Assembly: GCA_032718475.1 (NCBI GenBank)
Contig: JAUCBJ010006881.1
Location: forward strand, 1-64,000
Direction of reading: 5' to 3'
DNA length: 64,000 nt
Source of the DNA: Nemertoderma westbladi
Lineage: Eukaryota > Animalia > Xenacoelomorpha
A program made the position numbers and the translations under genes. Shown here piece after piece: positions 1 through 11,068 of the stretch; position 1 is the stretch's first letter, and each line of letters opens with the position of its first letter. The notes under the pieces are model-generated. The model ran no database searches. It was not told the origin of the DNA and worked only from the letters and a program-made list of their open reading frames with translations.

Positions 1-3000
1 TCTAAAGTTTGTGTTAAAGTCGATGTTTTGAAGCCGAGATTTATGACAAATTAAGCCATTATAAATAATCGGACTCCAACTCAGTATTGGTGACGACTTG
101 ATTGGTAGACCTTGATTTATAGATGTGAATTCGCGTGCGAAATATCGCAGTTGGTAATGGCGAATTAATTTAATTTCACACCTGTCAATCTCAGCCAATG
201 TAAGTCGACATGTAAAGTCACGTTTGCCTTTAACGTATTGTACAAAACGTACAATCCACGCTAATTTTCGGCAAGCGTTTGACCAAGAGTCTGTTAAGTT
301 TACAATACGGTCGACGTAAGTATTTGTGACGTCATCAGGTAAGTCAATGGAAATTTTGGAAGGTTTTGAATTACTAGAAGGGCCCACGGGTCCGCCGGTA
401 AGTATTCCCTTGTTGACTGTTGATCCGTCCGGGTCTACAAGTAATTTGTCCTTCTTCGTTTTCTTACCTTGATTGTCGGTACTTTGTAAGTCGATCGTTA
501 ATGGTGGTTTGAACTCTATGGGATCAGTGGGTTTCGGTAAACTAATTTTTCTGCCGATATTAATCCCAGGTTTCACCATAGGTTGCAAGTTCGGTATGTC
601 TCTTGAGCGCAAAGTAACACCTGTATTTACATTAGCGTAGGTACTACCCACATCTGTAATACATGAGGTTTCACCGTGCTTATGGTTGCTCAAGTGTGTC
701 AAAATTGGTAGTTTGTCAATACAAGGCCGCTCCAATAGGGAAACTGCGGCTTTACTGTTAGTCGATAAATTACTAATGTCCGGTAGAACATTTTGTGATG
801 TTTCTGACAAAATGTCTAGTCGACTGTCTAGTAATGTGTCTGGCGATACGTCTGGTAACGTATCTGGTTGTATGTCAATAGAAGGCCGCTCCAATAGGGA
901 AACTGCGGCTTTACTATTTGTCAATGTGTTACTAGTGTCTGGTAGAACATTTTGTGACATGTCTGGCAAAACGTCTGGTTGACCGTCTAGTAACGTGTCT
1001 GGTTGACCGTCTAGTAACGTGTCTGGTTGATCGTCTAGTAACGTGTCTGGTTGACCGTCTAGTAACGTGTCTGGTTGACCGTCTGGTAACGTGTCTGGTT
1101 GACCGTCTGGCGATATGTCTGGTGTAGAAAGGCTCGCAAGTCTTCCTCTTTTGACCTTTGAAGTTATATCTTTCCATTTCGCCTTCGGTTTTTTCTTGAG
1201 TTTTGCCGCCGTCGTCTTTTTCTTGAGTTTTGCCGCCGTCGTCCTTTTCTTTGTCTTCCCCTTTTTTGGTTTCTTGATTTCGGCGTCCTTCGGGATAGTG
1301 TTAGATTTGTTGTCGTATAACGGAGGCCAATCTTGTGTCGATTTCTGCAAGAATTGGGGTCCGTGTTGCCAAAATTCTTTGTTCTCCGGTTTACAGAATT
1401 CCTCAGGCATCATTCCTCGCGACGCAATATCAGCTGGGTTTTGTGGTCCGGGACAATGTCGCCAATCCCCTTTTATTGAACGGTCTAGAATTTCCGCGCG
1501 ACGGTTAGCAACGAATGTCTTGAATTCGAGTGTGTCGTTGTTTATGTAAAATAAAACCAACGTCGCGTCAGTCCAATAAAATATCTGTAAACTCGACTGT
1601 AGTTCTGTCTGTATGAGGTTCACGATGGTGGTTGACAGGGTTGCGGCTTGTAGCTCGGCTCGTGGTGTCGTCATATACTTAGTAGGCATGGTCTTAGCCT
1701 TAGAAGTAATGAGCGAAACATCGAACTCGTCTGAGTCTACTTGTCTGCGCAAGTACGCTGCCACACCAAAACCGTTGTCACTGGCGTCAGAAAAACAGTG
1801 TAGTTCCAAGTTGTCAGGAAATGTACTTTGTAATGGAAAGTAAACCCTGGGTATGGAATAATCCTCTAGCGAAGATAATTCCGCCTCCCAGGTCTTCCAT
1901 AAGTCCACTTGGTCTGATGAGATCGGCTCGTCCCATGTTAGTCCATCCTTCCATATACTACGCATATAAATGCGGGCTTGCAGTATCACTGGACTGATGA
2001 ATCCTAACGGATCGAACAATCGGCTCAACTTTGACAAGCATGATCTCTTTGTCAGTGTGTTCTCTTGACTGTCCAGTCTCACTTTCACTCGAAAGTTGTC
2101 TGTGTTTGGGTCCCAAAAGAGCCCTAACACCTTAGTCGTCGGTAGTGGTTCGAACTCTAGGTCTATGTCACCACCTCCACGCTCAGTCGTCCCGAATGAG
2201 TCTACTAATTCGGCACTGTTTGAGGCGAATTTGGTGAGGTTAAAACCTCCGCCCGCTAAGCAGTCCCGTAATTGATGTGCTACTGTTGTAGCACGTTCTA
2301 CTGTGTCGCAACTCTGTAAACCGTCGTCTACATAAAAGTCACGCTCCACCATCCTAATTATCTCTGGGTCATACAGGTGTTTCTGATCCCTAGCGGCCTG
2401 CTTTAGGGCGTACATCGTGCAATTTGGGCTGTCTCTGGCACCGAAAACGCGAACTTGCATTTGGTAAGTCGCCGGTGGTAGACTTAAGTCTCCTTCCGGG
2501 TACCAGAGGAACCGCAAACTGTCTCTGTCTCGCTCTAACGCTCTCACTTGGTGAAACATCGCTTCAACGTCACAAGTAAAAGCTACTTGACGCTGACGGA
2601 AGCGCATAATCACCCCCATTAGATAATTATTCATGTTTGGTCCATCCATCAACTCACTATTGAGGGACATTCCCTCAAACAGAGCCGCACAGTCGTTGAC
2701 TACGCGTACTTTGTCTGGTTTATCGGGGTGTCTCACATAGTGATGTGGCAAGTAATATGTTTGGTCAGTCACTATCTCCGGGTTCGTCATTCGGATAGCG
2801 TATCCTTTAGTCAAATACGTCTCCATCTGGGTGTTGTACTGCAGATGGGCTTTCTCGTCCTTTAATAGACGTTGCCGTATTGAGTGTAGACGTCTCAAGG
2901 CTAGTGGATAGTTGTTTATAAGTTTAGGACTTTGGCTACGCCATAACATCCCTACCTCATAATGTCCGTCTTTCGTCTGGTGGATAGTATCTTCCATGAT

Positions 3001-6000
3001 CTTCAGAGATTGTTTCTCCTGTTCCGACATACAAGGTTCGTAGCTACCAGGTTCAGCTGTATCTTGTTCTAACCACCTGATAGTCTTCTCCGTTAATTCT
3101 TTGTCCAAAGCGGCTTGTTCCAACTGATGATTTCTCAACGCGTCATCATCGATATCGACGGGCACTGTTGAGGTTATTGGGGTAGGTAGACTCGCAAGCC
3201 TATCATCTGTCATCGATGGAATCTCTAGCTGACTCGTCTTCTCCCCAAGTTCTAAACTCACCTGGTGGGTTAACTGCTCCTTGTGACTTATCATACTAGT
3301 TACACGTCTGTCATGTTTTGTCGACTGTAGTGTAGTATGGTTCGCGTCGTGTGAAAAGGAATGAATTGAATTTGTAGTTAATAAACTACATGTACTCTGT
3401 ACATCGTCTTCCTCGTCACTTACGTCTAGTGTGCGCACAGGCGCTCGAGTATACCACCCTATCGGCGTTCTGCAGGCGTATGCGTTTCCCACTACAACTG
3501 CCGATGGTCTGGTTTCCCACACCTGATGTAGGTTGAATTGGTCTGTCCCGATCAGCATTGCTACCGATCTATAATTGACAGGACATTCGGGTACACCAAG
3601 GTGTCTGAAATACTTACGGTCCTCCAGAGATTGTTCCGGCACTGGACCTAGTAGGTTACTAAAGTCCTTCGTAGCCGCAAAGGTTAGATCTTTAAAGGGC
3701 AACAAAGACCTCTCCCTCTCGCTGTGCTGCGATTTTGGAAGAAGAGAGTCTAAGTCCAACTTAACTCGTGTCACTGGTATTGCACGCTGTCCGTGCATAC
3801 TACTTACTGTATAACTGACGTGCTTACCTTGTTTAAGATCCGTCACTACGTCAGCTATCTTTTCATCCACGTAGCTATGAGATGAGGCTGAATCTAGAAT
3901 CGCGTAGATCCTCTTACTCCCCTTTGTGCCAGTGATCTTAATCGGGATTACACTGAATCCCTTCAGTTGGTCAGTGGTCAGAAGCGCGATCGACGGTTGT
4001 TCGTCTCCATTGGAATATTCGTCGTCTTCTGATTCTTCGTCCGACGATCCGGATTGTTCTGAGAAGCAATCCTCAATATGGGTCACGAAGGTTGGAGTCG
4101 TTTTCGATTCTCGTTTTCGGTAAGCCGCATCACATCTCGCTGCTGCTTCCGGGTGTTCCCTGGCGAAGCGTTTCGTCGGCGTGTGGCTGTCTGTGTGGAG
4201 CAGACCGTCGTGGTTGCGTCCACAGGATGGACAAGTGTCGGTATTTGGGCAATCTTTACGGACGTGTCCGTGTCGCGTACACCGCCAACAAGAGTCCAAT
4301 GGCCGTATTTGCAGCCGTCGTTCTTCCGAGTTCAACTCGCGAAATTGTCGACAACCTCGTAACTTGTGACCGATATACCGCTTGCCTAGATGCTCGCAGT
4401 ATTGGCAGCCGCTGAAGTCGGTACCGAGTTGTTGTCTCGTCTGTTTTGTCCCAATGGGCGCAGATACCCTACTACCGTCCGAGAATTGTCGTGATTCCGT
4501 CGGTGTGGTGTAAGTGGCCGTCTTAGTGGATGTTGTCTGGGGTTTTTGTCGGTTGGAGGATGGCAATGTGATCCCTTCTGCCACGATGTGCTGGTCGGTG
4601 TAGTTAGATCGAGTTTCTACTACCGCCTCCCTGGATATTAAAAGGTACACATCTTCTAATTTTAAGAATCCTCCCCGCTCTTCTCGCTGGTATTCGACCT
4701 TCCTCCACTCCCGACGAAGTCGATGGTGGAGTCGTCCTATGATCTTTAATAGGACTGTAGGGGTATTCCCGTAATCAAGTTGTCCAATGGATCTTAAGGT
4801 AGTGATAGCGTTCTTGATCTCGTCAGCTAGTTTTAGTAAGTCGACGGGTTTAGTGATAGCCCCTCCCTTACAGAGTTCCTCTATTACTGACCTGGCCATG
4901 CTCACTGTACCTCCGTATATCGAAGTTAAACGATCGTACGCTAGTTCGAAAGCGTCCGGTACACCGACGAAAGTCTCCGCCAAACGTTTAGGTTCTCCTG
5001 ACAACGTTTGGAGCAGGTAATTGAACTTCTCCCGTGATGTAAAGGCGCACACGGCGATCTGGGATTCGATATAGTCTACGAAAGTATGCCAGTGTTTTGA
5101 GCTACCGGAAAACTTCGGTGGTTGTTGTACCGGCAATCCCTGTCTGGCTGCGAATTTCGCTATCTCCTCGGCAACGTTCAGAGTTTCGCGTCCTTGGTTG
5201 GTAACCTTGTTGATATCCCTTCTTGGCGCTTTTCCCTGATACGATGTGGGGTTTGAAGGTACCGGTCTTTGTGGTTCCTTCGGGTGTCTATTGTGTTCGA
5301 ATTCGGAATTTCTCGAACTGTCGGTGTAACCTTCCTCCAGACGTTCCTCGATCTGAGCCAACTTGTTAACAACTGGTCGCAGGATGTCGGCGAACTGTTG
5401 TGTACTAATTGCGTCCGTTGGTTGTAACGCCTTCTGTGTTGGTGTATTCTGTGGAGAATTGTCTGCAAAGGAGTTATCTGAACGCTCGCGTTTGTATTCA
5501 TCGGCCGCCCCTGTTCTAAATACCTCGCGTTTCGGGTAATCCGATTCGCTCGAAGTACTACTATCATCTGGATATGGTGGTCGACGTGCTCGCGTCCGTT
5601 GCGTCGTTCGAATTCTAACGTTCCGTTTCGGAACATCGTCCACTGATCTCCGTTGTTCGGTAGGCTCACAAGTCTTCCTCGAAGTCGTAGATTGCGATGT
5701 AAATTGGTTGAACGGTCGCGTATCCACTGTTCTCCGTTGTTCGGTAGGCTCACAAGTCTTCCTCGAAGTCGTAGATTGCGATGTAAACTGGACCGGTAGT
5801 CGAGTAACGGCGTTTGAATCCAAAGGCCTTGTTGGCCTAAACGTCATTGGGTAAGCGTAGTGTGTAGCAGGTTTTGGCGTCAGAGGTGGACTCACCTGTT
5901 TAGTCGTCAGTAATACAGGTTCGACTAATAAACTACTACGATCTGTAATCGGTGGGTTACTTACCTTGACTTTCGGAATAGGCGACGACGTTGCTCTTGG

Positions 6001-7002
6001 CGGTGTAAACTCGTCCGGAATAACAAACCTGTGTTCCGTCGCACCATGGATAGGAGAAATGTTACTACTATCCGCAATCGAAACAGGTTCCTTAGTCGTA
6101 ACCGGTGCAAACATATGAGTTACCTGTGGGAATCGTTGACACAAGTCCTTTACTAATCGTCGTTCCCGTCCGGGTGCTCCTATGCTTCCTTCCTTCTTCC
6201 GTTCCTGAATTTGGCGATGTCTTACCTCTATCTGGTCCAAGTCATGTCCGTCTCGAGATCTCATCGATCGATCGCGGGCTTGTAGATCCAGATCTTCCTT
6301 CGCGTTGGCTAATTCTCTCGCCTTCTTCCCGAGTTCGAAATGAAGTTTAACTTCTTTCTCACGTTGTTCCGTTTGTTGTTGTTGCGCCTCGAACTCTGCT
6401 TGTCGTATAGCTGACTGAGCCTTTATTTGCCGTTTTTTCATCTCGGCTCTCGCTTCTGATACTAACCTCTGTCGCTCTAACTCAGCCGCTGCTGCTGCCG
6501 TTTGTCGCTCTAACTCGGCTGCTGCCGTTCGTTGCGCTAACTCGGCCGCTGCCGCTTGTTGGGCGATGTCCAACTCCAACCTTTCCATCTCGGCCGCTTC
6601 CAACTCGGCTTGTTCTTGCAGATGAGAGATTCTTGCCACATTCGCAACACGTAGTTTTTCTTCTTCTACCGCCGCTTGTGCCATCAACAATTGAGCTTGT
6701 TCCTCCGCTTCCCGTTGTTGTCTAACCGCTTGTTGTTGCTGTCTGGAAATTTCTGACGTCACGATACTTATCTCACCAATTTCGCTGCGAATACTCACTA
6801 ACGATTGGTCCAGTATTCCCGGTGCCGATTCGATTCGTACGGGTGAAGTTTCCCTCGTATATTCCGGCACGGTTTCCAAATCGCCGACGTCTTCGCCGCA
6901 CATACGTAAGTGGTCCGTCAGATGTTTCAATTGTCCGTCCATCCAGTCGGTACAGTTCCTGTTCTTCCTCGGGCTGCAATAATTCGTCCGAAACTGACTC
7001 AC
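1..7002 (-). CDS. Bel/Pao Gag-Pol polyprotein, main frame (open to the window edge; integrase lies beyond it)
   Basis: Same frame confirmed at spot checks (6840, 6360, 5340, 2769, 1260, 60); probably missing from the ORF track because it has no stop inside the window. Confidence 0.88.
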   Translation of the reverse strand, partial: MSQFRTNYCSPRKNRNCTDWMDGQLKHLTDHLRMCGEDVGDLETVPEYTRETSPVRIESAPGILDQSLVSIRSEIGEISIVTSEISRQQQQAVRQQREAEEQAQLLMAQAAVEEEKLRVANVARISHLQEQAELEAAEMERLELDIAQQAAAAELAQRTAAAELERQTAAAAAELERQRLVSEARAEMKKRQIKAQSAIRQAEFEAQQQQTEQREKEVKLHFELGKKARELANAKEDLDLQARDRSMRSRDGHDLDQIEVRHRQIQERKKEGSIGAPGRERRLVKDLCQRFPQVTHMFAPVTTKEPVSIADSSNISPIHGATEHRFVIPDEFTPPRATSSPIPKVKVSNPPITDRSSLLVEPVLLTTKQVSPPLTPKPATHYAYPMTFRPTRPLDSNAVTRLPVQFTSQSTTSRKTCEPTEQRRTVDTRPFNQFTSQSTTSRKTCEPTEQRRSVDDVPKRNVRIRTTQRTRARRPPYPDDSSTSSESDYPKREVFRTGAADEYKRERSDNSFADNSPQNTPTQKALQPTDAISTQQFADILRPVVNKLAQIEERLEEGYTDSSRNSEFEHNRHPKEPQRPVPSNPTSYQGKAPRRDINKVTNQGRETLNVAEEIAKFAARQGLPVQQPPKFSGSSKHWHTFVDYIESQIAVCAFTSREKFNYLLQTLSGEPKRLAETFVGVPDAFELAYDRLTSIYGGTVSMARSVIEELCKGGAITKPVDLLKLADEIKNAITTLRSIGQLDYGNTPTVLLKIIGRLHHRLRREWRKVEYQREERGGFLKLEDVYLLISREAVVETRSNYTDQHIVAEGITLPSSNRQKPQTTSTKTATYTTPTESRQFSDGSRVSAPIGTKQTRQQLGTDFSGCQYCEHLGKRYIGHKLRGCRQFRELNSEERRLQIRPLDSCWRCTRHGHVRKDCPNTDTCPSCGRNHDGLLHTDSHTPTKRFAREHPEAAARCDAAYRKRESKTTPTFVTHIEDCFSEQSGSSDEESEDDEYSNGDEQPSIALLTTDQLKGFSVIPIKITGTKGSKRIYAILDSASSHSYVDEKIADVVTDLKQGKHVSYTVSSMHGQRAIPVTRVKLDLDSLLPKSQHSERERSLLPFKDLTFAATKDFSNLLGPVPEQSLEDRKYFRHLGVPECPVNYRSVAMLIGTDQFNLHQVWETRPSAVVVGNAYACRTPIGWYTRAPVRTLDVSDEEDDVQSTCSLLTTNSIHSFSHDANHTTLQSTKHDRRVTSMISHKEQLTHQVSLELGEKTSQLEIPSMTDDRLASLPTPITSTVPVDIDDDALRNHQLEQAALDKELTEKTIRWLEQDTAEPGSYEPCMSEQEKQSLKIMEDTIHQTKDGHYEVGMLWRSQSPKLINNYPLALRRLHSIRQRLLKDEKAHLQYNTQMETYLTKGYAIRMTNPEIVTDQTYYLPHHYVRHPDKPDKVRVVNDCAALFEGMSLNSELMDGPNMNNYLMGVIMRFRQRQVAFTCDVEAMFHQVRALERDRDSLRFLWYPEGDLSLPPATYQMQVRVFGARDSPNCTMYALKQAARDQKHLYDPEIIRMVERDFYVDDGLQSCDTVERATTVAHQLRDCLAGGGFNLTKFASNSAELVDSFGTTERGGGDIDLEFEPLPTTKVLGLFWDPNTDNFRVKVRLDSQENTLTKRSCLSKLSRLFDPLGFISPVILQARIYMRSIWKDGLTWDEPISSDQVDLWKTWEAELSSLEDYSIPRVYFPLQSTFPDNLELHCFSDASDNGFGVAAYLRRQVDSDEFDVSLITSKAKTMPTKYMTTPRAELQAATLSTTIVNLIQTELQSSLQIFYWTDATLVLFYINNDTLEFKTFVANRRAEILDRSIKGDWRHCPGPQNPADIASRGMMPEEFCKPENKEFWQHGPQFLQKSTQDWPPLYDNKSNTIPKDAEIKKPKKGKTKKRTTAAKLKKKTTAAKLKKKPKAKWKDITSKVKRGRLASLSTPDISPDGQPDTLPDGQPDTLLDGQPDTLLDDQPDTLLDGQPDTLLDGQPDVLPDMSQNVLPDTSNTLTNSKAAVSLLERPSIDIQPDTLPDVSPDTLLDSRLDILSETSQNVLPDISNLSTNSKAAVSLLERPCIDKLPILTHLSNHKHGETSCITDVGSTYANVNTGVTLRSRDIPNLQPMVKPGINIGRKISLPKPTDPIEFKPPLTIDLQSTDNQGKKTKKDKLLVDPDGSTVNKGILTGGPVGPSSNSKPSKISIDLPDDVTNTYVDRIVNLTDSWSNACRKLAWIVRFVQYVKGKRDFTCRLTLAEIDRCEIKLIRHYQLRYFAREFTSINQGLPIKSSPILSWSPIIYNGLICHKSRLQNIDFNTNFR
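970..1122 (-). repeat. 24-bp in-frame tandem repeat (GQPDTLLD, about 6 copies) inside pol
   Basis: Unit ggttgaccgtctagtaacgtgtct repeated. Confidence 0.9.
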
Positions 7003-7567
7003 CTAACAACTGGTCCGCTTGTTCCTGTTGTATCTGTCTAATCGTCGACTTAAACTGAATCAGTTTCTCTCTAGCGATCATTAGTTTCTCGAGGATTCTA
7101 AGCTGAGTGTCCATATCCTGTCTCTGTCTAGCTAGATCTTGCAGACCAATTAGGTTATCTACGGACTTATATACTTTACTCTGTACTCTCACCTGGAGGG
7201 TGTAGAACTCGAATCGAGACATCGGAGCGGTCAACCCGTCTAATATGCGTTGGCCTTCTCCAATACTCCTGGTTATATGCGCCATGTAACCTCCGACGCT
7301 TCTAACCACACTTTCTGTGCTTCCTGCTGAACTTACCATGTCCGTTTCCCTATATCTAGGTTGCGGAACAGTTAGAAAGTCCTCGGTCCTGCCGTCGCCT
7401 CGTACTACGGCATCCGGTACTCCCGTTGGATGTACTGGTGACGCACACGGTGTAGGTTCGGTAGGCTCGCGAGTCTTCCCCTGTTGTTCTTCCGCTGCTG
7501 ACTTATCCGCGTCACATGAGTCATAGTCGGTTTGTGTATTTTTCGTATAGTCTTGTTTGTCACTCAT
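6773..7567 (-). CDS. N-terminal part of Gag; joins the main frame through a frameshift at about 6940-7000
   Basis: 264-aa ATG ORF overlapping the start of the gag-pol frame. Confidence 0.7.
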   Translation of the reverse strand: MSDKQDYTKNTQTDYDSCDADKSAAEEQQGKTREPTEPTPCASPVHPTGVPDAVVRGDGRTEDFLTVPQPRYRETDMVSSAGSTESVVRSVGGYMAHITRSIGEGQRILDGLTAPMSRFEFYTLQVRVQSKVYKSVDNLIGLQDLARQRQDMDTQLRILEKLMIAREKLIQFKSTIRQIQQEQADQLLGESVSDELLQPEEEQELYRLDGRTIETSDGPLTYVRRRRRRFGNRAGIYEGNFTRTNRIGTGNTGPIVSEYSQRNW

Positions 7568-9685
7568 TTCGGTAGTTGTAAGTCAAGTAAAGTGAGTGTC
7601 AAAGTATCGAACTTACCGTATTTGTATAAAACGGTACTAATTACAGTCATATAAAATTAGCCTACCGGCCGATTTTATAGCAGATGGATAAAATTAGCCT
7701 AAACGGCCAATTTTACAGCAAATAAATGTCACGGAATAAGTATATAATAAAATTAGCCTAGCGGCCAATTTTATAACAAATAAATCGGATAACGATATGC
7801 GTTATCAAAAGGTAAATTAAATACAATAATACGGACTAATTCAGCAATGAACAAAGAAATCATACGGAATGCATAAATACTTGAGACAGTGGAACCCACA
7901 ATAAATTTTAACTAATACGGTAATGCCTAACTTATTTATGCAACTTTTCGAACTCACCCACTCCAATAATTCTCCAGAAAAACAGATTCCCAGATACAAA
8001 CCGGACGTGAACCTTTCCGTTTTTAACGTTGCGGACGAAGCGCGATTTTCCCAACCAAAGTTGTTGAGTTATCTATCTCCCAAACTTGCTAAACACGGTC
8101 TTGCTCCCGTTACAGTCTAGAAATGAGTTCTGAATCCTGAAAAACAAAAGAGTTAGGTTTTACTTTACGAAAAATTTTGTACCGGTACAATATGGTATTT
8201 AAACCCTTTTTTAAACACCGGTATTCAATTCCAAAAATATTTTACACGCGGTTCAAATCAAATTTTATTTCAAAAAATTAGCACTCAGCTAATCAAATAT
8301 AAATTTTTTACCTCAAAATACAAAATTTTCAAATAACTTTAGTCCTACCGAACCGTAGTTCAGTAAAACATATTCCTACTAATTGAAGAGACAGCAACAA
8401 TACCTGCAATATCCTACTGTAAAGTTTGTGAATCAAATCATAAATCCGACCTTCTCACCAAAACAGTAAACTCCAAGTAAGCGAATATATTGCAGTATCG
8501 ATCTCTTATGACCGGTGAGGCAGAAAACAGTCTACGAGCAGACAAACTTCGAGAAAACAAAATCCCGCGCAGCGAATCCTAAAATCAGGCTGACTCGCTG
8601 ACGGACTAAGGGGCTCGTATACTTTGCCGCGGTGTGATTTATATGGTTTGGGCAAAGGGACGCTAGCTAGGTACAGAGGCAGAGATTTGGAGATGTCTAA
8701 CTAGCGAGCAAAGTGCAGTAAGGACGAAAGTTAATTTTATATATTTTGAGGTGTAAATAATTTCTAACGCGCGTGTGTTAATTCTGAACGGTCAAAAGCA
8801 GTTTTGCTCCTTCACATATATAATTAAATTACTGGGTACGGTGTGCATTTTACGAATATTCTAATTTTGTAACTTGTAGGTCCAATACTCACGAATGATA
8901 AGGTTCCTTCCCCTCTTGCGTATTTCCAGGACTCAAATTCAGGCATAAGGTTAATACTACGCCCAGAATTCGGCAATTTTAGGTACCAGGTCCCTGATAC
9001 TAAGAAGAGATGTGTTAGTTTACTACTGTAGGCGTACGGGTACTAATAGCTATCCTGGCTCCTATCTAGAATTTTAGTCACCCAGGTAGTCCGGGTAACT
9101 TCCTATTAGGGCGTTGGCGGGGACACGGTAGATGTTAGTATATCCCTGATAGCCTCAATTTATTTGCGCCTAGTACGTAAACTGCCCTACCGCCTGAACG
9201 GTACAATCCTAATTCAGGTGAAAACACAATAACCCTCCTAGCCTACAAGTTCTGATGTAATGGACACCGTTGTACGGCAAATAGTCACAGACGCACCTGT
9301 ACTTAGCAAGAGTTAAGCGTACAGTTTGCTGCACCCTAACCAATTTGTATGCCTTGTACCGGTGTGCCTACGTCCTATCTGCGTACTAGTATCTGCTCTC
9401 TCTCCCTCCCCCCGTAGGAATATGAAGGTCTACTGCGGTTTTTCCTGAATCAAGACAGTACAGTCCCTTTTTGATGTAATTTTAGGCTTACAGCGTGTCA
9501 CTACGTCTACCTTTTGATCTTTTGGTCTTACACTTAGGTAGCAAGGATCGAACGCTGTCTAACCTTTCAGGCGATGGGCGAATAACTCTAGATAGTATTG
9601 CGGGTTGTCTCTCGTCTACATTCCCCCGATGTTCCCGTTCATTGCTGCGGCCCGATCTCTAGCTGGCCATCCTGTCCCTTAAGTT

Positions 9686-10081
9686 TGTTCACCGTAGTGA
9701 ATCCATAGTAAAACAGATAGAAAAGCTGAGAGAATATTCTGACTTTATTACAGAAGATACAATTATAATACAATGTAATCTGAGAATAAACTAAGCACGA
9801 CAGAATATTGATAAGATAATCTGAGAAAGATTGAGATATAAGATATAGTGTTGATAACTAATGAACAAATCGCACCTTTATATAATAAATTTGTGCCGCA
9901 ATCAATCGAGAAAATTCTCGATTGTTCTATAGATTCTAACAAGGTTTTAAAGATAGCTATTGGTCCAGCTAATATATAACTTGCACGACATTGGTTACAA
10001 TCAAATAACTACAGCCTCATTGGTACAGACAAATGCAATTAATTTGTAGCGGTTAATTTAAATGAGTTGAAATTCTGCACA
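9686..10081 (-). repeat. Putative 5' LTR (about 396 bp)
   Basis: Minus strand starts TGT and ends ACA; contains three CCAAT boxes, TATATAAAGG and AATAAA in the expected order. Second LTR not in window. Confidence 0.7.
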
Positions 10082-10087
10082 AAAAAT

Positions 10088-10172
10088 AATTCGCACTTAC
10101 TAGGATTCGAACTCAATACCTACTACACATATAATTTCCAACGCTCTACCGACTGAGCTACTGAACCACTTG
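10088..10172 (-). pseudogene. tRNA-derived sequence (SINE head or pseudo-tRNA)
   Basis: A box TAGCTCAGTCGGTAGAGCG, B box GAGTTCGAATCC, then a T-run; no clean anticodon arm. Confidence 0.6.
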
Positions 10173-11068
10173 ACCGATAGATGTACAATAGATATTACAA
10201 ATACAAATGAGGATTCAAAGCAATCTTTTACAAAGTTAATCCGAATAAAATAAAATTTTGAAAATCCACGGCATTTAGGGAATATAATTCTATAAATAAA
10301 ATTACATGGGAAAAAAGTAGAACATTTTATTTTCAATTTCTCTCGACTCTTTATAATACCTCGAGAATAGTGAAAAAAATTATACTTTTTGTCCCCATGT
10401 AATAAATATTTATTATGAACACCCTGGCCTGGATATTAATGTCATCCTATTATTATGTATTCTAGAATATTGACAAACCCAATATTGTACTTAACTAACT
10501 TGCTTCAATGTGTTCCTACTGCGAACGTCGTGATACCAGTAAGCAATAATTGTTATTTGTTTTTATGAATATTCTATAACATTAAACTCATTGTAATTGT
10601 TAATTAATTTATATGTAACTTTTAGATATTTTTATGAATTCTTAATGTTTTCACAACTTTTGAAATCAAAACACGGCGTTTCCGTGTTTTCTAGGGATGT
10701 GCCGGATTGACTATTTTCAAACCGGCCAGGCCGGAGCCGGAGCTGGATTTGTAAAAAAATCCGGACGGAATTCCGGCCAAAGCCGGATTTTTTATATACC
10801 ACCACTTTTTTCCTTGAATCAGCTATATGGTACCTTTATGCATGAACAGAAATGAAGGGACGGAGGATACCACGTCATTTGGTCCTTTGGGCGTTAGGTA
10901 CTGTGTCGATGGATAACGTGTTGGCTGGATCATGATCAGCAAGGTCATGATAATGAATTTGACTTTATAATATTATGAATTTAGAAATAGATAAGTATGT
11001 CAATTATCCCAACTAAACGGGACGAGAAGAGCGTTTCCTAATTTACAAATACTTGTACATATATTTAG

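Larger units (their letters stand above)
1..10081 (-). mobile_element. Bel/Pao LTR retrotransposon (5' LTR, long leader, gag-pol; 3' part runs off the left edge)
   Basis: Minus-strand translation gives DUF1759-type gag (PPKFSGSSKHW), three Cys/His knuckles, protease (AILDSASS), RT (YLPHH..KVRVVNDCAA..DVEAMFHQV..YVDD) and Pao RNase H (LHCFSDAS, NPADIASRG); LTR-like block at 9686-10081. Confidence 0.95.

Noticed and set aside
686-6350. Short + strand ORFs and the - strand ORF 5178-5753
   Set aside because: Antisense or off-frame shadows of the Bel/Pao gag-pol frame
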